Positions 13,540-26,719 of a stretch of 64,000 bases of DNA are shown one piece after another. The stretch is taken from contig OZ024742.1 of NCBI GenBank assembly GCA_964016885.1, positions 170,438,001-170,502,000 of the forward strand. The letters are read 5' to 3'. The notes under the pieces were generated by a model. The model was not told the DNA's origin. It saw nothing but the letters and a program-made list of their open reading frames with translations, and did no database searches. Origin of the DNA: Eledone cirrhosa (taxonomy: Eukaryota). The first letter of the stretch is position 1. Each line of letters opens with the position of its first letter. The translations under genes and the position numbers were made by a program.

Positions 13540-14060
13540 TAATTGTTTCTACTTTTGGCACAAGGCCAGCAATAACCTAGTGCATTACTGGTACTTTATT
13601 TTATCGACCCAGTAAGGATGAAAGGCAAAGTAAACCTTGGTGGGATTTTAGAATAATAATAATAGTAGTTTCTGGTTTAGGCACAAGGCCAGCAATTTAT
13701 TTTGTGCGTGATTGGTACTTTATTTTATTGATCCTATAAGGATGAAAGGAACAGCTAACCTCGGCGAGATTTGAACTCAGAACGTAAAAGGCTGGAACGC
13801 TGTGCTGCGAAGCAGGGTGATCGACGCTCTACCGATATTGCCAATCCACCACACTTGACGTAATAACAATAATAATTGTTTCTATTTTTGACAGAAGGCC
13901 AGCAATTACACCAGTGCATTACTGGTGCTTTATTTCATCAACCCCATAAGGATGAAAAGCAAAGTTAACCTTGGCGGGACTTGAACTCAAAACGTAAAGG
14001 GCCATAAATCTATGCTGCAAAGCATGGTGTCTGACGCTCTATCGATACTGCCAATCTGAT
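13540..14060 (-). mobile_element. Cluster of about three SINE copies (same Nin/Deu-core family), minus strand
   Basis: Repeated reverse-complement core tttatcgacccc..aggatgaaaggcaaag and gatttgaactcag. Confidence 0.85.
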
Positions 14061-14439
14061 ACCGTAGGGGGAAGAATGTTAAAAAAAATAATTAAAAGAA
14101 TACAAATCCTCCCATTTGACACGAAGCCGCAACATAGACAAACAGTGATTTCAGATTGAATAATTTTTTGTGCGTGTGTGTATGTGTGTGTGATCTAGTT
14201 TTAGAAACGTTGAGCTGTATGTATTTATTGAAAATTAACATAGAGAGTTAGACGCCTCAACTTACGTATTTATTTTATTTTTTTGTTACTATGAAAAATA
14301 GTCTAACAAACTGGTCATATAAGCTCCTGAACAGAAAAACCGGGCGACTCTATCAACTTTTTTTTCGTCAAGGGCCTTTCATACCTAATTTGTTAAATTA
14401 TTTTTCATAGGGACAAAAAAAAAAAAAAAAAAAAAAAAT

Positions 14440-14645
14440 CTCAGGAAAGAATTGCTGGACAGATTTCACAGGCAAAACCAGCCAGCAGGAGACCCAGCGG
14501 CAGACTCCGAGCAAGATATTTGGATAACGTCCATGTGCTCGGCTGGTCTCCCTCGGATTAATTGGAAACGGTTGTTTCTGACAGGACCCGCTGGAAGACG
14601 TATTTGAGGACTCTGCCCACACGACCCTCTCAGGAAGAAGAAGAA
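14440..14645 (-). mobile_element. RTE-type LINE 3' end fragment
   Basis: Homologous to 35980-36190 and 47450-47720; (ttc)n tail on the minus strand. Confidence 0.55.
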
Positions 14646-15163
14646 GAAATGTGAAAGACCGCGGTTTACTTGCAGGAAGTAGCCCCGTGAGGTGGCTTTG
14701 CAGCGGGTGTCTCTGACCACTCACCGCCTTCTCCTCTCCCTTTCTTTCGTTGCTTGATACCTCTTTTCTTTTTCTTCTTTTCATTTCCTTTTTTGTTTGT
14801 TCCCTTTCACAGTGTGTTTTGTTTTTACTAGATATTGCTTAATTATTTTTATATAATGTCAATGGTTTTTTTTATGATGTGAAAATTTGTATATTGAATA
14901 TACTTGGTTTCCATTTCAGTTATTTTATAATAAAAATTCTACTTGAAAAAAAAATGTATATATATATTATAAACATATAAGGGTGGTGCCCCAGCATGAC
15001 CTCAGCCTAATGGCTGGGACAGGTAAAAAAATAAAAGAATACAAGTGTTAGAATGATATATTTTGCTACACCTGTTGTGGGTGTTGCTTTAATTATCTCC
15101 CTTGCTATATGTTCTCTTTCGTCTTGTGAGGCCTGAAAGATCTGACGAGTAAAGCAAGCCAAC

Positions 15164-15242
15164 ATGTCTAAGGAGGTTCCGTCAGAGGGTGTCCTTGGTC
15201 AGAAATTTGACCAGTGTGTCTCTGATCTGATGATTAAAACAG
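15164..15242 (+). CDS. MICOS10: MICOS complex subunit Mic10, coding exon 1 (MSKEVPSEGVLGQKFDQCVSDLMIKT)
   Basis: ATG in context gccaacATG; donor AG|gtaaat at 15242/15243, phase 1; resembles the Mic10 N-terminus SE.ELG.KWD.C..D...K. Confidence 0.92.
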
Positions 15243-16479
15243 GTAAATGGCCAGCAGATATTTAAAATATTCTCACACCATTATCAACAGAATGTCTTCA
15301 AATCATTCATTTCAACTAATCGACCTTTTCGCTAGCAGTTCCTATTAGTCAAGAACAAAAGTACATTTTATATCAATGTCATGTAATTTTCTTTCTGTTT
15401 TGTTTGTTGTTATTGCCTTATTCGTATTATTTACACACATACACAGGTCTGGTTGAGTAGACCATAATAGGGATTCAACTGTTCCAATCGCGACCATCTC
15501 GTCTTGTTTCTCTATTTTAGATAAGGTTTATAGGACTCACATTATACACTTTGTTGATTTGAGGAAGATTTCGCTGCTATTTCTAGAAACTACTTAGGGG
15601 TCGTAGTAGTCAGTGACGGATTAAGAGGTGAAGGAATGGCTTTGTTGCACTCAGGGGATCCCATAATATTTAAATAGCCCTAAATTATAGTACAGATTAT
15701 TATTATTACTATTGAATAATATGCAATGGTCCCAATGGAATGTTCAGCTATCGGCCCCCATGCAAGCATAACCCCCCCCCCCCCACTTCCTGCTGTTATT
15801 TCAGTTTAAGTGTCTGTATTGCAACATATCTATTTTACTGGATTCTTTTTTTTATTTTGCCTGAGAAAATATCTTTTATTATTACAAAGTTCAAAAAGCT
15901 GTGGATATGCAGTATCGGTAGAGTATCGCACAACATTCTTTGCGACATATAGTTAGGACTCTTTACATGTTGAGTTTAAATCTCACCGAGGCTAGCTTTA
16001 CTTTTTATCCGTACGAGGTCAATAAAATAGAGTATCAGTAATGTACTTGGCTCCATTTAATCGACTTTCCCCCATCCCTTCAAATTGTCGACCTTGTGCC
16101 AAATGTAAAAAAAAAGAAAAAACATTATTACGAAGTTCATGCGGCAAAATCCTATAAGGCATCTCTATATACAGTATTGTAAAACAAAAGGCGTTGGGGA
16201 ATAATAAGAAAAGATAAAGGGGACACACACACACACACTCTCCATCGCACACCTCAACATTGGACGCTGGAGCCTCCCTCTAATAATGTTTGAGATATCT
16301 CAACATACTTGCAGCATTGCTGCTGAAGTGAAAATAAAATCAGCCGATCCGATGTACCAGGTGTTTCGATTAAACAATTTGTAATTGAAGAATTACAAGA
16401 AAAAAAAAACGAATAATATGAACTTAACTTTATTAAAGAAAGAAATTAGATATTTGATCGATTATCACAAGTTTGATAC

Positions 16480-16582
16480 GAATCCATGCCCAGGGAAGTA
16501 AGGCGTTCAGAGTATGGTAGGTGTCTGATGGAGGGTATGCGCTTGGTTGCACGTCTCTGAACAGTTTCCAGGAGGTCAATGA
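16480..16582 (-). mobile_element. CR1/L2-type RT fragment
   Basis: Reverse complement of 25905-26005 (IDLLETVQRRATKRIPSIRHLPYSERL). Confidence 0.8.
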
Positions 16583-18094
16583 TGAAATACACTGGTACAA
16601 TGAATGCTTTGAGTCCGTTTAGATTTTACTCTTGTTCAGTGGTGTTTTATTCTCCAAGAAAAGATTTAGTATTGACAGCGATCTGTTTGTACCGTTTTCT
16701 TGGTTTGTGTGTTCACTCGACTGGTCAGTTTCCTGAAGTTAGTGTTGCAGATGGTTAGGTCATTTTCATCATGGAACTCTAGGAAGGTTGATCCCATTTC
16801 ATTTCTCAAACCGTACCCATAACTACCCTGCACTTCATAGTAGCCATCCTAGTGCTGCTCAACATGTCCCTTAAAGTCAGTAGCCGTGATGATGAAATAT
16901 TTGTTACTAGTTATTAAGAGGGCCTCATAGAGGTGATCTTTTTGCTTTTAGGTCAGTTTCAGTTGTGGGGTGCATGCAAGCAGCGATAGTAGTTGTTTCA
17001 TTGTCTAAGATTATTTTGAATTTCAAAATTTTACCACATACTCTAACTACCTCAATAGCTCCATCTGGCCACTTCTCTGTTAACATACCTACTCCACCAA
17101 CCCCTTCATTATTACCTATCCAGAAGAGATTGTACTTGTGTGCCTTTTACCTGTGAGGAGTCAGGTTAACCCATTAGCATTTACATTACTCTATATGTAC
17201 TTTTGCAGTAAAGACTTTATCTCATATCATTATCTCACATAATATTATGGCCTTGTGCCAAAAGTAGAAACAATTATCTCACATAATATCAAATCTGAGA
17301 TTTTGATATTATTTATTTTGAGAACAATACCTTAACATCAGTATGAGTAGCAAGTTTCGGCTGGTTTGAACAGAAAGAGGTGAGAGAATCCTGGCTGTAT
17401 ACAGCAAGTTTAAATGCTAAAGGGTTAAGACTCTTCTCCATTTCATCTCTTGCATACAGCATACATCTATCTATCTCCACAATTGTGCTGACTTTGATAA
17501 TTGCAGCTTTTAAATTTATTACCTGATATTGGTTGGAACATATTTTTGTCGTTTGTACTCAAGACATAAGAGGAAAAGTGTGATTGCTAAATGGCAGTTG
17601 AGAAATTCTCACATATTGCTAGCTATTTCCATCTAATCACTCTACTAACTAGATGTTAGACCTATATATACAGTTAGAGTTTTTCATGTTTACTGCATGC
17701 TGGATCTTCATCGGTTCCAATGGTGAGTGTTCCAGTTGATTCGATCAATGGAACAGTCTGCTTGTTAAATTAATTTGCAAGTGGCTGAGCATTCCACAGA
17801 CATGTGCATCCATAATATTGTTCTCGGGAAATTATGACAGTGAGGGACAAAGCTGGCTTTTTGAACTTACAGGGGCAACTCATATTTGCCAGCTCATTGA
17901 ACTGGAGCAATGTGAAAATAAAGTATCTTGCTCAAGAACACAACATGGCATGAGCCAAATGCCCTCACCACTAAGCTATATAACAGGCAACTAAAAAGGT
18001 TATCAGGAAGGCCATCCACCTGTAAAAAAATTGTTTCAAAACGTGCCATCCAATGTCAGCATGGAAAAGTGGTTGTAAAAAAGATGATGATGAT

Positions 18095-18672
18095 TATCAT
18101 CATCATCATCATCATTTTACGTCCGCTTTTCCCTGCTTGCAAGGGTTGGACGGGTCCTATTAAGCACAGCATCTCTCCACTTGTCACGGTCCTTCATCAT
18201 CTCCTCGGTGAGTTTCAGCAATCTGAGGTCTGCTCTCACCACCTCTGCCCATGTTTTTCGTGGTCTACCTCTACTGCGTCTTCCTTCTACTGGGATTTCT
18301 TGTCACTTCTTTACCCAGTGGTCATCCTCCATGCACATCACATGTCCATACCATCTCAGCCTCCTCGCCTGCACACCACAACTTATCCCTCTTATACACA
18401 GTTTCTTTTTCAACTTGTCTCTGCTTGGTTGTTCACGCACATTGGCATTGCGCATCAAATGGAGAATACTTGCCTCATTTCTCTCCAGCCGTCGCATATC
18501 TTCTGCAGTTGCTACCCATGCCTCACTACCATGCAGCATCGCGCATCAGCATCATATAACCATCCTTTCGTACGCAGGGAGAAACCCTTCTTAGTCAACA
18601 GAGGAAGCAGCACCCTAAACTTCTTCCAACTCGTCTTTATTCTAGATACTATGGCCTCGGAACACCCTCCCA
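18095..18672 (-). mobile_element. RTE-clade LINE 3' fragment in MICOS10 intron 1
   Basis: GGCSEAIVSRIKTSWKKFR, MLHGSEAW..RRLERNE, RRLRWYGHV; (gat)n tail; paralogous to 24260-24802. Confidence 0.9.
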
Positions 18673-18735
18673 CATACATACATACATACATACACATATA
18701 CATATATTACTAATATTCTTATTATTCTTTTACAG

Positions 18736-18783
18736 CAACTGGTATAGGTTTGGGCATCATTTTCTCAGTGACTTTATTTAAAC
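18736..18783 (+). CDS. MICOS10: MICOS10 exon 2 (ATGIGLGIIFSVTLFK), first TM with GxGxG motif
   Basis: Acceptor ttcttttacag|, donor |gtaagt; 48 nt, phases join exons 1 and 3 in frame. Confidence 0.93.
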
Positions 18784-19316
18784 GTAAGTATAATAATAAT
18801 TATTATTATATAGTTACGTCCCTTTACATTCTGAGTTCAATTAGGCTTTCATCTTTGCAGGATTGATAAAATAAAGTACTAGTAATGCATTGGGGTCGAT
18901 TTAATTGACTTTCCCCTCCCCTATAATTACTGCCTTTGTACAATTATTAGGGCAGTGGATTGGCAGTATTGGTAGAGCGTCAGACATCATGCTTTGCAGC
19001 ACAGAGTTACATCCCTTTACTCCCTGAGTTCAAATCCGGCCAAGGTTAGCGTTGCCTTTTATCCCCATGGGGACGATAAACTATAGTACCAGTAATGCAC
19101 TGGGGTTGATTTAATTGACTTCCCATCCCCCAAAATTGCTGACCTTGTGTCTAAACCAGAAACCATTATTAGAGGGGTGGATTGACAGGATTGTTAGACA
19201 TCATTTAGCAGTATTTCTCTGGCTCTTTACAGCTTGCCATTTCTGTTCACGTAGTCCTTTGCCTTCCTCTTCCATGGCTTCCTTCCACATGAAAGTCCAA
19301 CAATCATCATTCTTAT

Positions 19317-19765
19317 ACATTACATGTCTGTATCAGTACAACCCTCTCCTATGTACATGTGTGTACCAGTACAACCCTCTCCTCTGTACGTTACATGTCT
19401 GTACTAGTGCAGTCTTCTCTGTACATTAAATGTCTGTACCAGTGCAACCCTCTCTTTTGTACATGTCTGTTCCAGAGCAGTCTTCTCTCCTGCACATTAC
19501 ATGTCTGTACCAGTGCAGTTTTCTCCTCTGCACATTACATGTCTGTACCAGTGTAGTCTTCTCCCCTGCACATTACATGTCTGTACCAGTGCAGTTTTCT
19601 CCTCTGCACATTACATGTCTGTACCAGTGTAGTCTTCTCCCCTGCACATTACATGTCTGTATCAGTGCAACCTTCTCCCCTGCACATTACATGTCTGTAC
19701 CAATGCAATTTTCTCCCTTGCACTTTACGTGTCTTTACCAGTGCAACCTTCTCCCCTGAACATTA
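19317..19765. repeat. 38-bp minisatellite, about 12 copies
   Basis: Unit acattacatgtctgtaccagtgcagttttctcctctgc with variants. Confidence 0.9.
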
Positions 19766-19799
19766 TGTATCAACCATAATAATATGCTACATGTTTGTG

Positions 19800-20710
19800 T
19801 ATATAAATAGGGCACGCTTAATGATCAGGTTTATCTTGGTGAGGTGGGCTAAGCGACCAGCATGCAGGTGGCAGGACAAACCATGGAGGCCAGTGGAGTC
19901 GATGAAACTACTGCAGCGACATCTCAGACACCCATAGATATTGGTTCCCACTCAGAGTGCAATGAAAATGCGGAGCTCAACCAGACAGAGAAGACCACCA
20001 ATGTTGGCTGCAGGCAGGCCATCGATCAGTCCCTCGAGAATTTTTGCTCTTGCAGAAAGTAAGTGGCATCTAGAAAATTGATCAAAATGATCAAAGAGAG
20101 AAATTAAATGATTCACTCTAACACAGATTGTCCCATACTCGTGCTTCCTTCTTTCCCTGTCAGTCAGGAACTGACAAACAAAGCTCTCTCCACTGTAGTA
20201 AAGCTTCACTTATCTCCCTGGTGGAACTAGTCCATGTTAGAAAGAAAAGGGGAGCAAGTGTGGATGGAGGAAAGAAAGTGAAGTAGAGTCAGAGATGAGC
20301 TTTTACGCAGACCAAAGACCTCCGAACCGTTTGGGCAAGGCAGCTTGGTTGAAGGACTCTGGAGAGAGTCTGACATTGACCAAGTCCTCGAGTTCACTGA
20401 AGATTAAGTTGTCAAGTTGGAGAGATGATGAGAATCTGTAAGAGGGACTAACTTAGAAGAAATACGACAAGTAATTCCTAAGTATAAAAACCTTGGTGAG
20501 GTTCTTTAAAACTTAGATCGAAAGATGGATTCGAAGGCCTGGTCAGTAATTGGGGCTTCAAGGGAGGAACCACAAGAGAAGGGAAGGACTCAGTAAACAG
20601 GTTTACAGTTTGCTAATGTGAAACTGCGTTTATATGAACACATGGAAGCTAAAGTGAAACCCTTTATTTCCTCAATTCATCTGATTCTATCACTGCTGTT
20701 TTGAAAAGCT
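19800..20710 (+). mobile_element. Possible degenerate CR1-like 5' region (ORF1 remnant and start of APE endonuclease)
   Basis: Higher-GC coding-like block ending in NCVYMNTWKL...DSITAVLK, reminiscent of the APE N-terminus; heavily decayed. Confidence 0.3.
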
Positions 20711-20739
20711 TTGCAAGTAATGTAAAATCGTCTTTCTTT

Positions 20740-21313
20740 GATGTGTATGAAGGATGACAGCTGTATAAAAAGATGCAGGGCGATCAAAGTTGATGGAAGC
20801 TATGGAGTAGGAAGGCCTGGGATGAGGTGATAGAAAACCCGGTTTCAAATGAGCACAGATTGAAGCATACATTTAATATGCACCATTTAACTGCTATCCT
20901 CCCTCCTTCCATACACCTCCCAAGCCATAACACCCCCACCCACATCCTAATCATCCCACTCTTCTACCACACCTTTACACCCCCAGCCCAAACCACACTG
21001 TAAAGTGGTCATTTTAGTGCCACAGCAAAAAGTGCCCAGCCTGCACTGGATAGTGGTCGTGTTGTTATCACAACAAAAAGCACACAGCCCACACTGTAAA
21101 GTGGTTGTGTAGGTGTCATGACAAAAAGCACCCAGCACACACTGTAAATGTGGTTGGCATTAGGAAGGGCATCCAGCCATAGAAACCAAGGCAGAAACAG
21201 TACTGTATGAGCAAGACATGGTCACCTGACCTGACTTGCCTCAAATTGGATAGCCTGTCTAACTCATGCTAGCATGGAAAATAGACATTAAACGATGATG
21301 ATGATGATGATGA
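20740..21313 (+). mobile_element. RTE LINE 3' end and tail
   Basis: MCMKDDSCIKRCRAIKVDGSYGVGRP matches 24640-24720; ends aaacgatgatgat. Confidence 0.8.
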
Positions 21314-21899
21314 TATATCTGCCTGTAACTCTTTAAAATTTACTCACATAATGCATTTCCTACATTAGTCATGTTACAACAATAAGAAGTTCACATTCTT
21401 GTCCCTGTAAATAGTTATTTCTTCAAAGTAAATCATACATTTGAACCTGTATGTCATTCGTACACACCTGTAATTATATCATAGGAAATAGATAAAATTT
21501 AATCTTTAATCACTTTCACGTGCTAGTAATCAACATAAACTATAAGATTTCTCTTATGCAAACCATCAATTTATCAAAACGCAAATTTTCAGTTTATATG
21601 ATTGTTCACATATCCATTAATCTTGGTATATATGACATAGCAATCCTGAACCCCCAAAATGAAATACATTCAACGCTATTGCTGTCATTATTGATGGCAC
21701 TGGTCTACTAGTTTGCAATAAAAACAATTATTTACCAGTAGCACTAACACAGTGTGATTCATAATAGAGGGGTATACGAAGGCATATATATGTTTAAGGT
21801 GTTCACACATGGCTACTCAGTTGGGACATGATCATACCTTAAAACAGTCATAGTGAGATTTATCTATGTTTATTATATGCATAAACATATTATGCATAA

Positions 21900-24800
21900 A
21901 CATATTACATAACATAAAAATAACATTTTCTTCTTGTCTCCCCACCCTTCGGTTCATTCATCCATAAATCTATAATCGCCCAGAATCCAAATCCTACTTC
22001 TTAATTGTCTCCACGCTTGTTCTAAATAATCTTCTCCTCGCTAACTACCCCATACCCCTGCCGCCTTCCCCCACTATCCACCTTCATTATTTGGACCAAT
22101 CACAAGTCAACGGCCTATGCTATCACTTCTGGTTGCTTTTCGATATGATGGATGGACTAATGAATTTCTGGAGAGTCTGAAGAATCTGGACACTCGAAGA
22201 CAATGCCAAAGATAACGACAAATTCACCTCATGCTCCCGGACGAAAGGGCAAGGCCCCTCCTCTTTGTTGCGGCCGCGGATGGCCAACATAACCCCAACC
22301 CCATCCCCCTCACCCCTCCCTGCGCCCCACCGACCAAACGCAATCCAAAACTTCAGAGTTGGTACCATGAATGTAGGCACCTTAAAAGGCTGCTCTAATG
22401 AGGTTGTAGAAATGCTTGAACGTAAGGAGGTTGATGTTTGCTGTATCCAAGAGACCAGGTGGAGTCTGTTAGATTCATTGTGGGTAAAAAACGATGCTAT
22501 AAGCTTTTCTGGGTGGGAAATGACAATGGGCTGGGTGGGGTAGGAATCATGTTAGCAGAAAAATGGGTGGATAAGATAATAGAGTAAATGACAGAATAAT
22601 TAAAATAAGACTTGTTCTAAATAGAACTACTGTGACAGTAATATCTGCGTACGCGCCCCAATCCGGACTGCCTGGCACTATAAAAGACAGATTCTATGAG
22701 ACACTGATGCTCACTACCTCCCAAATAACCGACAGTGACTATATAATTATTGCTGGCGATCTAAATGGTCACGTTGGACAACATTGTGACGGCTATGATG
22801 GAATCCACGGAGGCTATGGGTTTGGTACTAGAAATGAGGAAGGCTCCAGAATCCTGGAATTCTGTGATGCAAATAACCTAACTATCTGTAACACTAACTT
22901 CAAAAAACGAGACAATCACTTGATCACCTACAGATCAGGGGAACATACCAGCCAGGTAGATTATATCCTTACCAGAAGACGTGACAGAGTGTCTGTTGTA
23001 AACACTAAATCCCTCCCCCATGAAGAATGCACCTCCCAACATAGACTGATAATTAGCGACCTCATAGTCAGGACGAGACGTACTCGACAGCAGAAGAGGA
23101 CTATCTTCAGGAGAAAAATATGGAAGCTAAAGGACCCCACAGCCAGAAATAAATTTAAAAGCATATTACTTGATGCTTTCGACAGTAAGGAAGAGCATTT
23201 AGAGTCGTACAATATAGAGGAACAGTGGAAATTCCTGAAAGCAAACCTGCTGATGGCGGCAGACGAAGTCTGTGGCTGGAGCAGGCCTATAGGCAGGAGG
23301 AGAGTAACATGGTGGTGGAACAGGTTTGGAAAGTATGGCGGGATGGGGGGAGTAGAGAAGACTATCAAGTGGCCAGGAGGGAAGCTAGGAGACAAGTGTA
23401 CTTCGCAAGAAGGGAAGCAGAGGAAAGCAAGTTCTACAACGCGAGGACCAAAAACGTGAGGTGTTCAGGATTGCTAGGCAATGTGTCAAGGAAAACCGTG
23501 ATATTGTCGGGGAGAAGTGTGTCCTTAATGATGATGGTGTACTTGCCATCACTGACGCTGATAAGAAGGTAGCTTGGAAGTGTCACTACGAAAGGCTACT
23601 AAATGAGGAGAATAAATGGGAGAAAGACAGTCTCCCCCACATCGACCCAATAGAGGGACCAGCAGTGTTAGTCGAAGGTGTTGATGAATGGCTTGTGAGA
23701 GCTATACAAGCCATGTATAAAGAAACAGTCAGCAAGGTTAGAATTAACAACGAATATAGTGAAGAGTTTAGCGTAAAAGTTGGTGTTCATCAGGGCTCCG
23801 TTCTTAGCCCCCTACTATTTATTATTGCCCTTCAGGCTATAACAGTGGAGTTCAAGACCGGCTGCCCATGGGAACTTCTATACGCAGATGATCTAACGCT
23901 CATAGCTGAATCAATGGCCGAACTAGAGAAGAAATTCCAAACATGGAAGCATGGCCTAGAATCAAAAGGCCTTAAAATTAACCTGTCTAAGACTAAAGTT
24001 CTAGTTTGTAGGAAGGAAAATAGGGCGCTGGTCCCATCTGGGAAATGACCATGCTCAGTGTGTAGGAAAGGAGTAGGTAGAAACTCCATTTTATGTCCCG
24101 GATGCAAAGTATGGGTGCATAAAAGATGTAGTGGGATCACAGGTAAGCTAACTAACAACCCTAGATTTTATATGTGGCCGGTGTTCTAGTGCAATAAGTA
24201 GCAGCAAGTGCCCATAGAATACTAGCTCATTCCATTGCACAGATGGTTCTATAGAAATAGTGGACAGCTTCCGTTACCTGGGTGACAAAATCAGCAGTGG
24301 GGGAGGGTGCTCTGAAAGTACAGTAGCTAGAGTCAGAACTGGATGGAAAAAGTTCAGAGAGCTTATACCACTATTAGCCGCTAAAGGGTTCTCCCTAAAA
24401 ATGAAAGGCAGGCTGTATGATGCCTGCATACGAACAGCAATGTTGCATGGCAGTGATACATGGGCATTGTGTGCAGAGGATATACGCAGACTGGAGAGGA
24501 ACGAAGCTTGCATGCTCCGCTGGATGTGTAATAGTAATATACGTGAACGGCAAAGCATAAACGAACTAAGGGAAAAATTAGAAATAAGAGGGATCAGATG
24601 TTGTTTACTCGAGAGAAGACTACATTGGTATGGTCACGTGATGCGCATGAAAGACGACAACTGTATAAAAAAGTGCAGGGCAATAAAAATAGACGGTAAC
24701 CACGGAGTAGGCAGACCCAGAAAAACCTGGGACGACTTGATAAATTCCGACCTCACACACTTACACCTCTCCAAGACAATGATCTTTGGCGCTACACAGT

Positions 24801-25190
24801 AATAGAGAAGACCCGCCTTACCTAAGTACAAAGTGAAGCCTACTACAGTCAGTAGGCACCTCTAACAAAATACACCCCCGTCCCACTACCCCTTTCAATG
24901 TAAAGTTATGTTGGTACCACAACATCCAGCCCGAAACAAATGAGGTCGTGTAGGTGTCACGACAAAAAAAACACAGTCCACGCTGTAATGTGGCCGTGTA
25001 GGTAACACGGTAAAAACCTCCCAGTTACACACTGTAAATGTGGTTGGTGTTAGGAAGGGCATCCAGCCGTAGAAAACCCGCCAGACAGTCCTATGCGAGC
25101 AAGACAACCACTCTTGCCTCAAGTGGGAAAACTCCCGTCCAAACCCATGCAAGCGTGGAATATGGACGTTAAACGATGATGATGATGATA
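21900..25190 (+). mobile_element. RTE-clade (BovB-like) LINE, frameshifted and internally deleted, in MICOS10 intron 2
   Basis: APE motifs GTMNVGTL, CIQETRW, SAYAPQ, GDLNGH, QVDYIL, SQHRL; RT motifs GVHQGSVLSPLLF and LLYADD; C-terminal RRLHWYGHV, GRPRKTW; (gat)n tail. RT N-terminal half missing at about 23670. Confidence 0.93.
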
Positions 25191-25350
25191 TTATATATGG
25201 CTTCATATACATCTCTATTATATATAAACATATTATATATGGCTTCATATACACCTATGTTATACATAAACATTGTATATGGCTTCATATACACTTCTGT
25301 TGTATATACACTTCATGTTGTATATGGGTTCATATACACCTCTATTACAC

Positions 25351-26412
25351 ATAGGACAGCATTCCTCACCATATGAGATGTCATCTGGTGTACCACAGGG
25401 ATCTGTTTTTGGCCCCCTTTTGTTTGTGGCATATATTAATGACATAGATGCCAACTTAAAGAATGCCACAGTACTTAAATATGCAGATGACATCAAGTTG
25501 TACCTTCAGATAAAAAGGACAGATCCAGAACACTATAGATCTTGCCTGCAATCTGACCTGGACACACTGCAACAATGGATCACGGACTGGTAACTTAAGC
25601 TAACTGTGGACAAGTGCACCACCATGCATTTTGGGAGTAAAAACCCAGCATCCACATACTCCCTCCACAACACTAATATCAAGAACTCTTCTTGTGAACG
25701 TGACCTGGGCATTACGGTCAGCAGCGATTTGCATTGGACGAAGCATGTCTCTAAAATTGTCAAGAAGGCCGAGGGTATCTTAGCATCACTCAGCAAGACC
25801 TTTGTCAGCCGCTCTCCAGCTATCTATTTAAAGCAGTACATAGCTATGGTGTGGCCACACTTAGAATTTGCATCACCAGTCTGGAACCCCTATCTTGCTC
25901 AGAATATTGACCACCTGGAAACTGTTCAGAGACGTGCAACCAAGCGAATACCCTCCATCAGGCATCTACCATACTCTGAACGCCTTGCTTCCCTGGGCAC
26001 GGATACATTGAAGCTCCGACGTCTGGCAACTGACTTGGTAAACACCCACAAAATTATTAACCATCTTGCCAACAACAACCCTGAGTACCTTTTTGATTTC
26101 CATGTGTCTAACACATGTGGGCATGCCAACAAAGTCAGAAAACAGCACAGCTCCCATGACTTTCGGATACATTTTTTTACGCTCAGAGTTGCTGAAGCAT
26201 GGAACAAACTACCTGCATCAGTTATTAGCTGTCGAGACACTGCATCCTTTAAAACCTCCATGCTTCCTGAGATTCGCCAACACTACACCTAATATTCCCC
26301 CTCCATACACATGTACATATGTATATCATGACTCATACACTATTCACTTCCCTGATATTTGTATATTTTTCTATGTACTTTGACAAGTTGTAGTGCACCT
26401 GAGCACTTTACA
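25351..26412 (+). mobile_element. 5'-truncated CR1/L2-type LINE (RT C-terminal half)
   Basis: SGVPQGSVFGPLLF, YADD, ERDLGI, HLEFASPVWNP, LETVQRRATK, FFTLRV..WNKLP; inserted into a tatatggcttcatatacac minisatellite that flanks both sides. Confidence 0.92.
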
Positions 26413-26524
26413 CATGTTGTATATGGCTTCATATACACTTATATACATAACTATGTATATGCATTCATATGCACCTTTATTATAAATTATTATTTATTTA
26501 AACATTTCTTTTTTTCTTTATTAG

Positions 26525-26634
26525 GTCGGCCTTGGCCTCTAGCTTTCGGAGTTGGTGCTGGTCTTGGAATGGCATATTCTAACTGCCAGAATGAATTCAA
26601 ACATCCTTTACAAGTTCCTGGCCAATATGTTAAG
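26525..26634 (+). CDS. MICOS10: MICOS10 exon 3 (RRPWPLAFGVGAGLGMAYSNCQNEFKHPLQVPGQYVK), second TM with GxGxGxG motif
   Basis: Acceptor tttattag|, donor AAG|gtaaat; 110 nt; WP.AFG.G.GLGMAYSNCQ is diagnostic of Mic10. Confidence 0.96.
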
Positions 26635-26719
26635 GTAAATTCCACATCTGTTTATTTATCATAATCCATTTATCATAATCAGTATCAATAAGAGTTTTAT
26701 TTCTTAGATAAATAAACGA

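Noticed and set aside
15110-15125. TCT/TOP-like initiator upstream of MICOS10
   Set aside because: A short pyrimidine run is expected by chance; no TSS data
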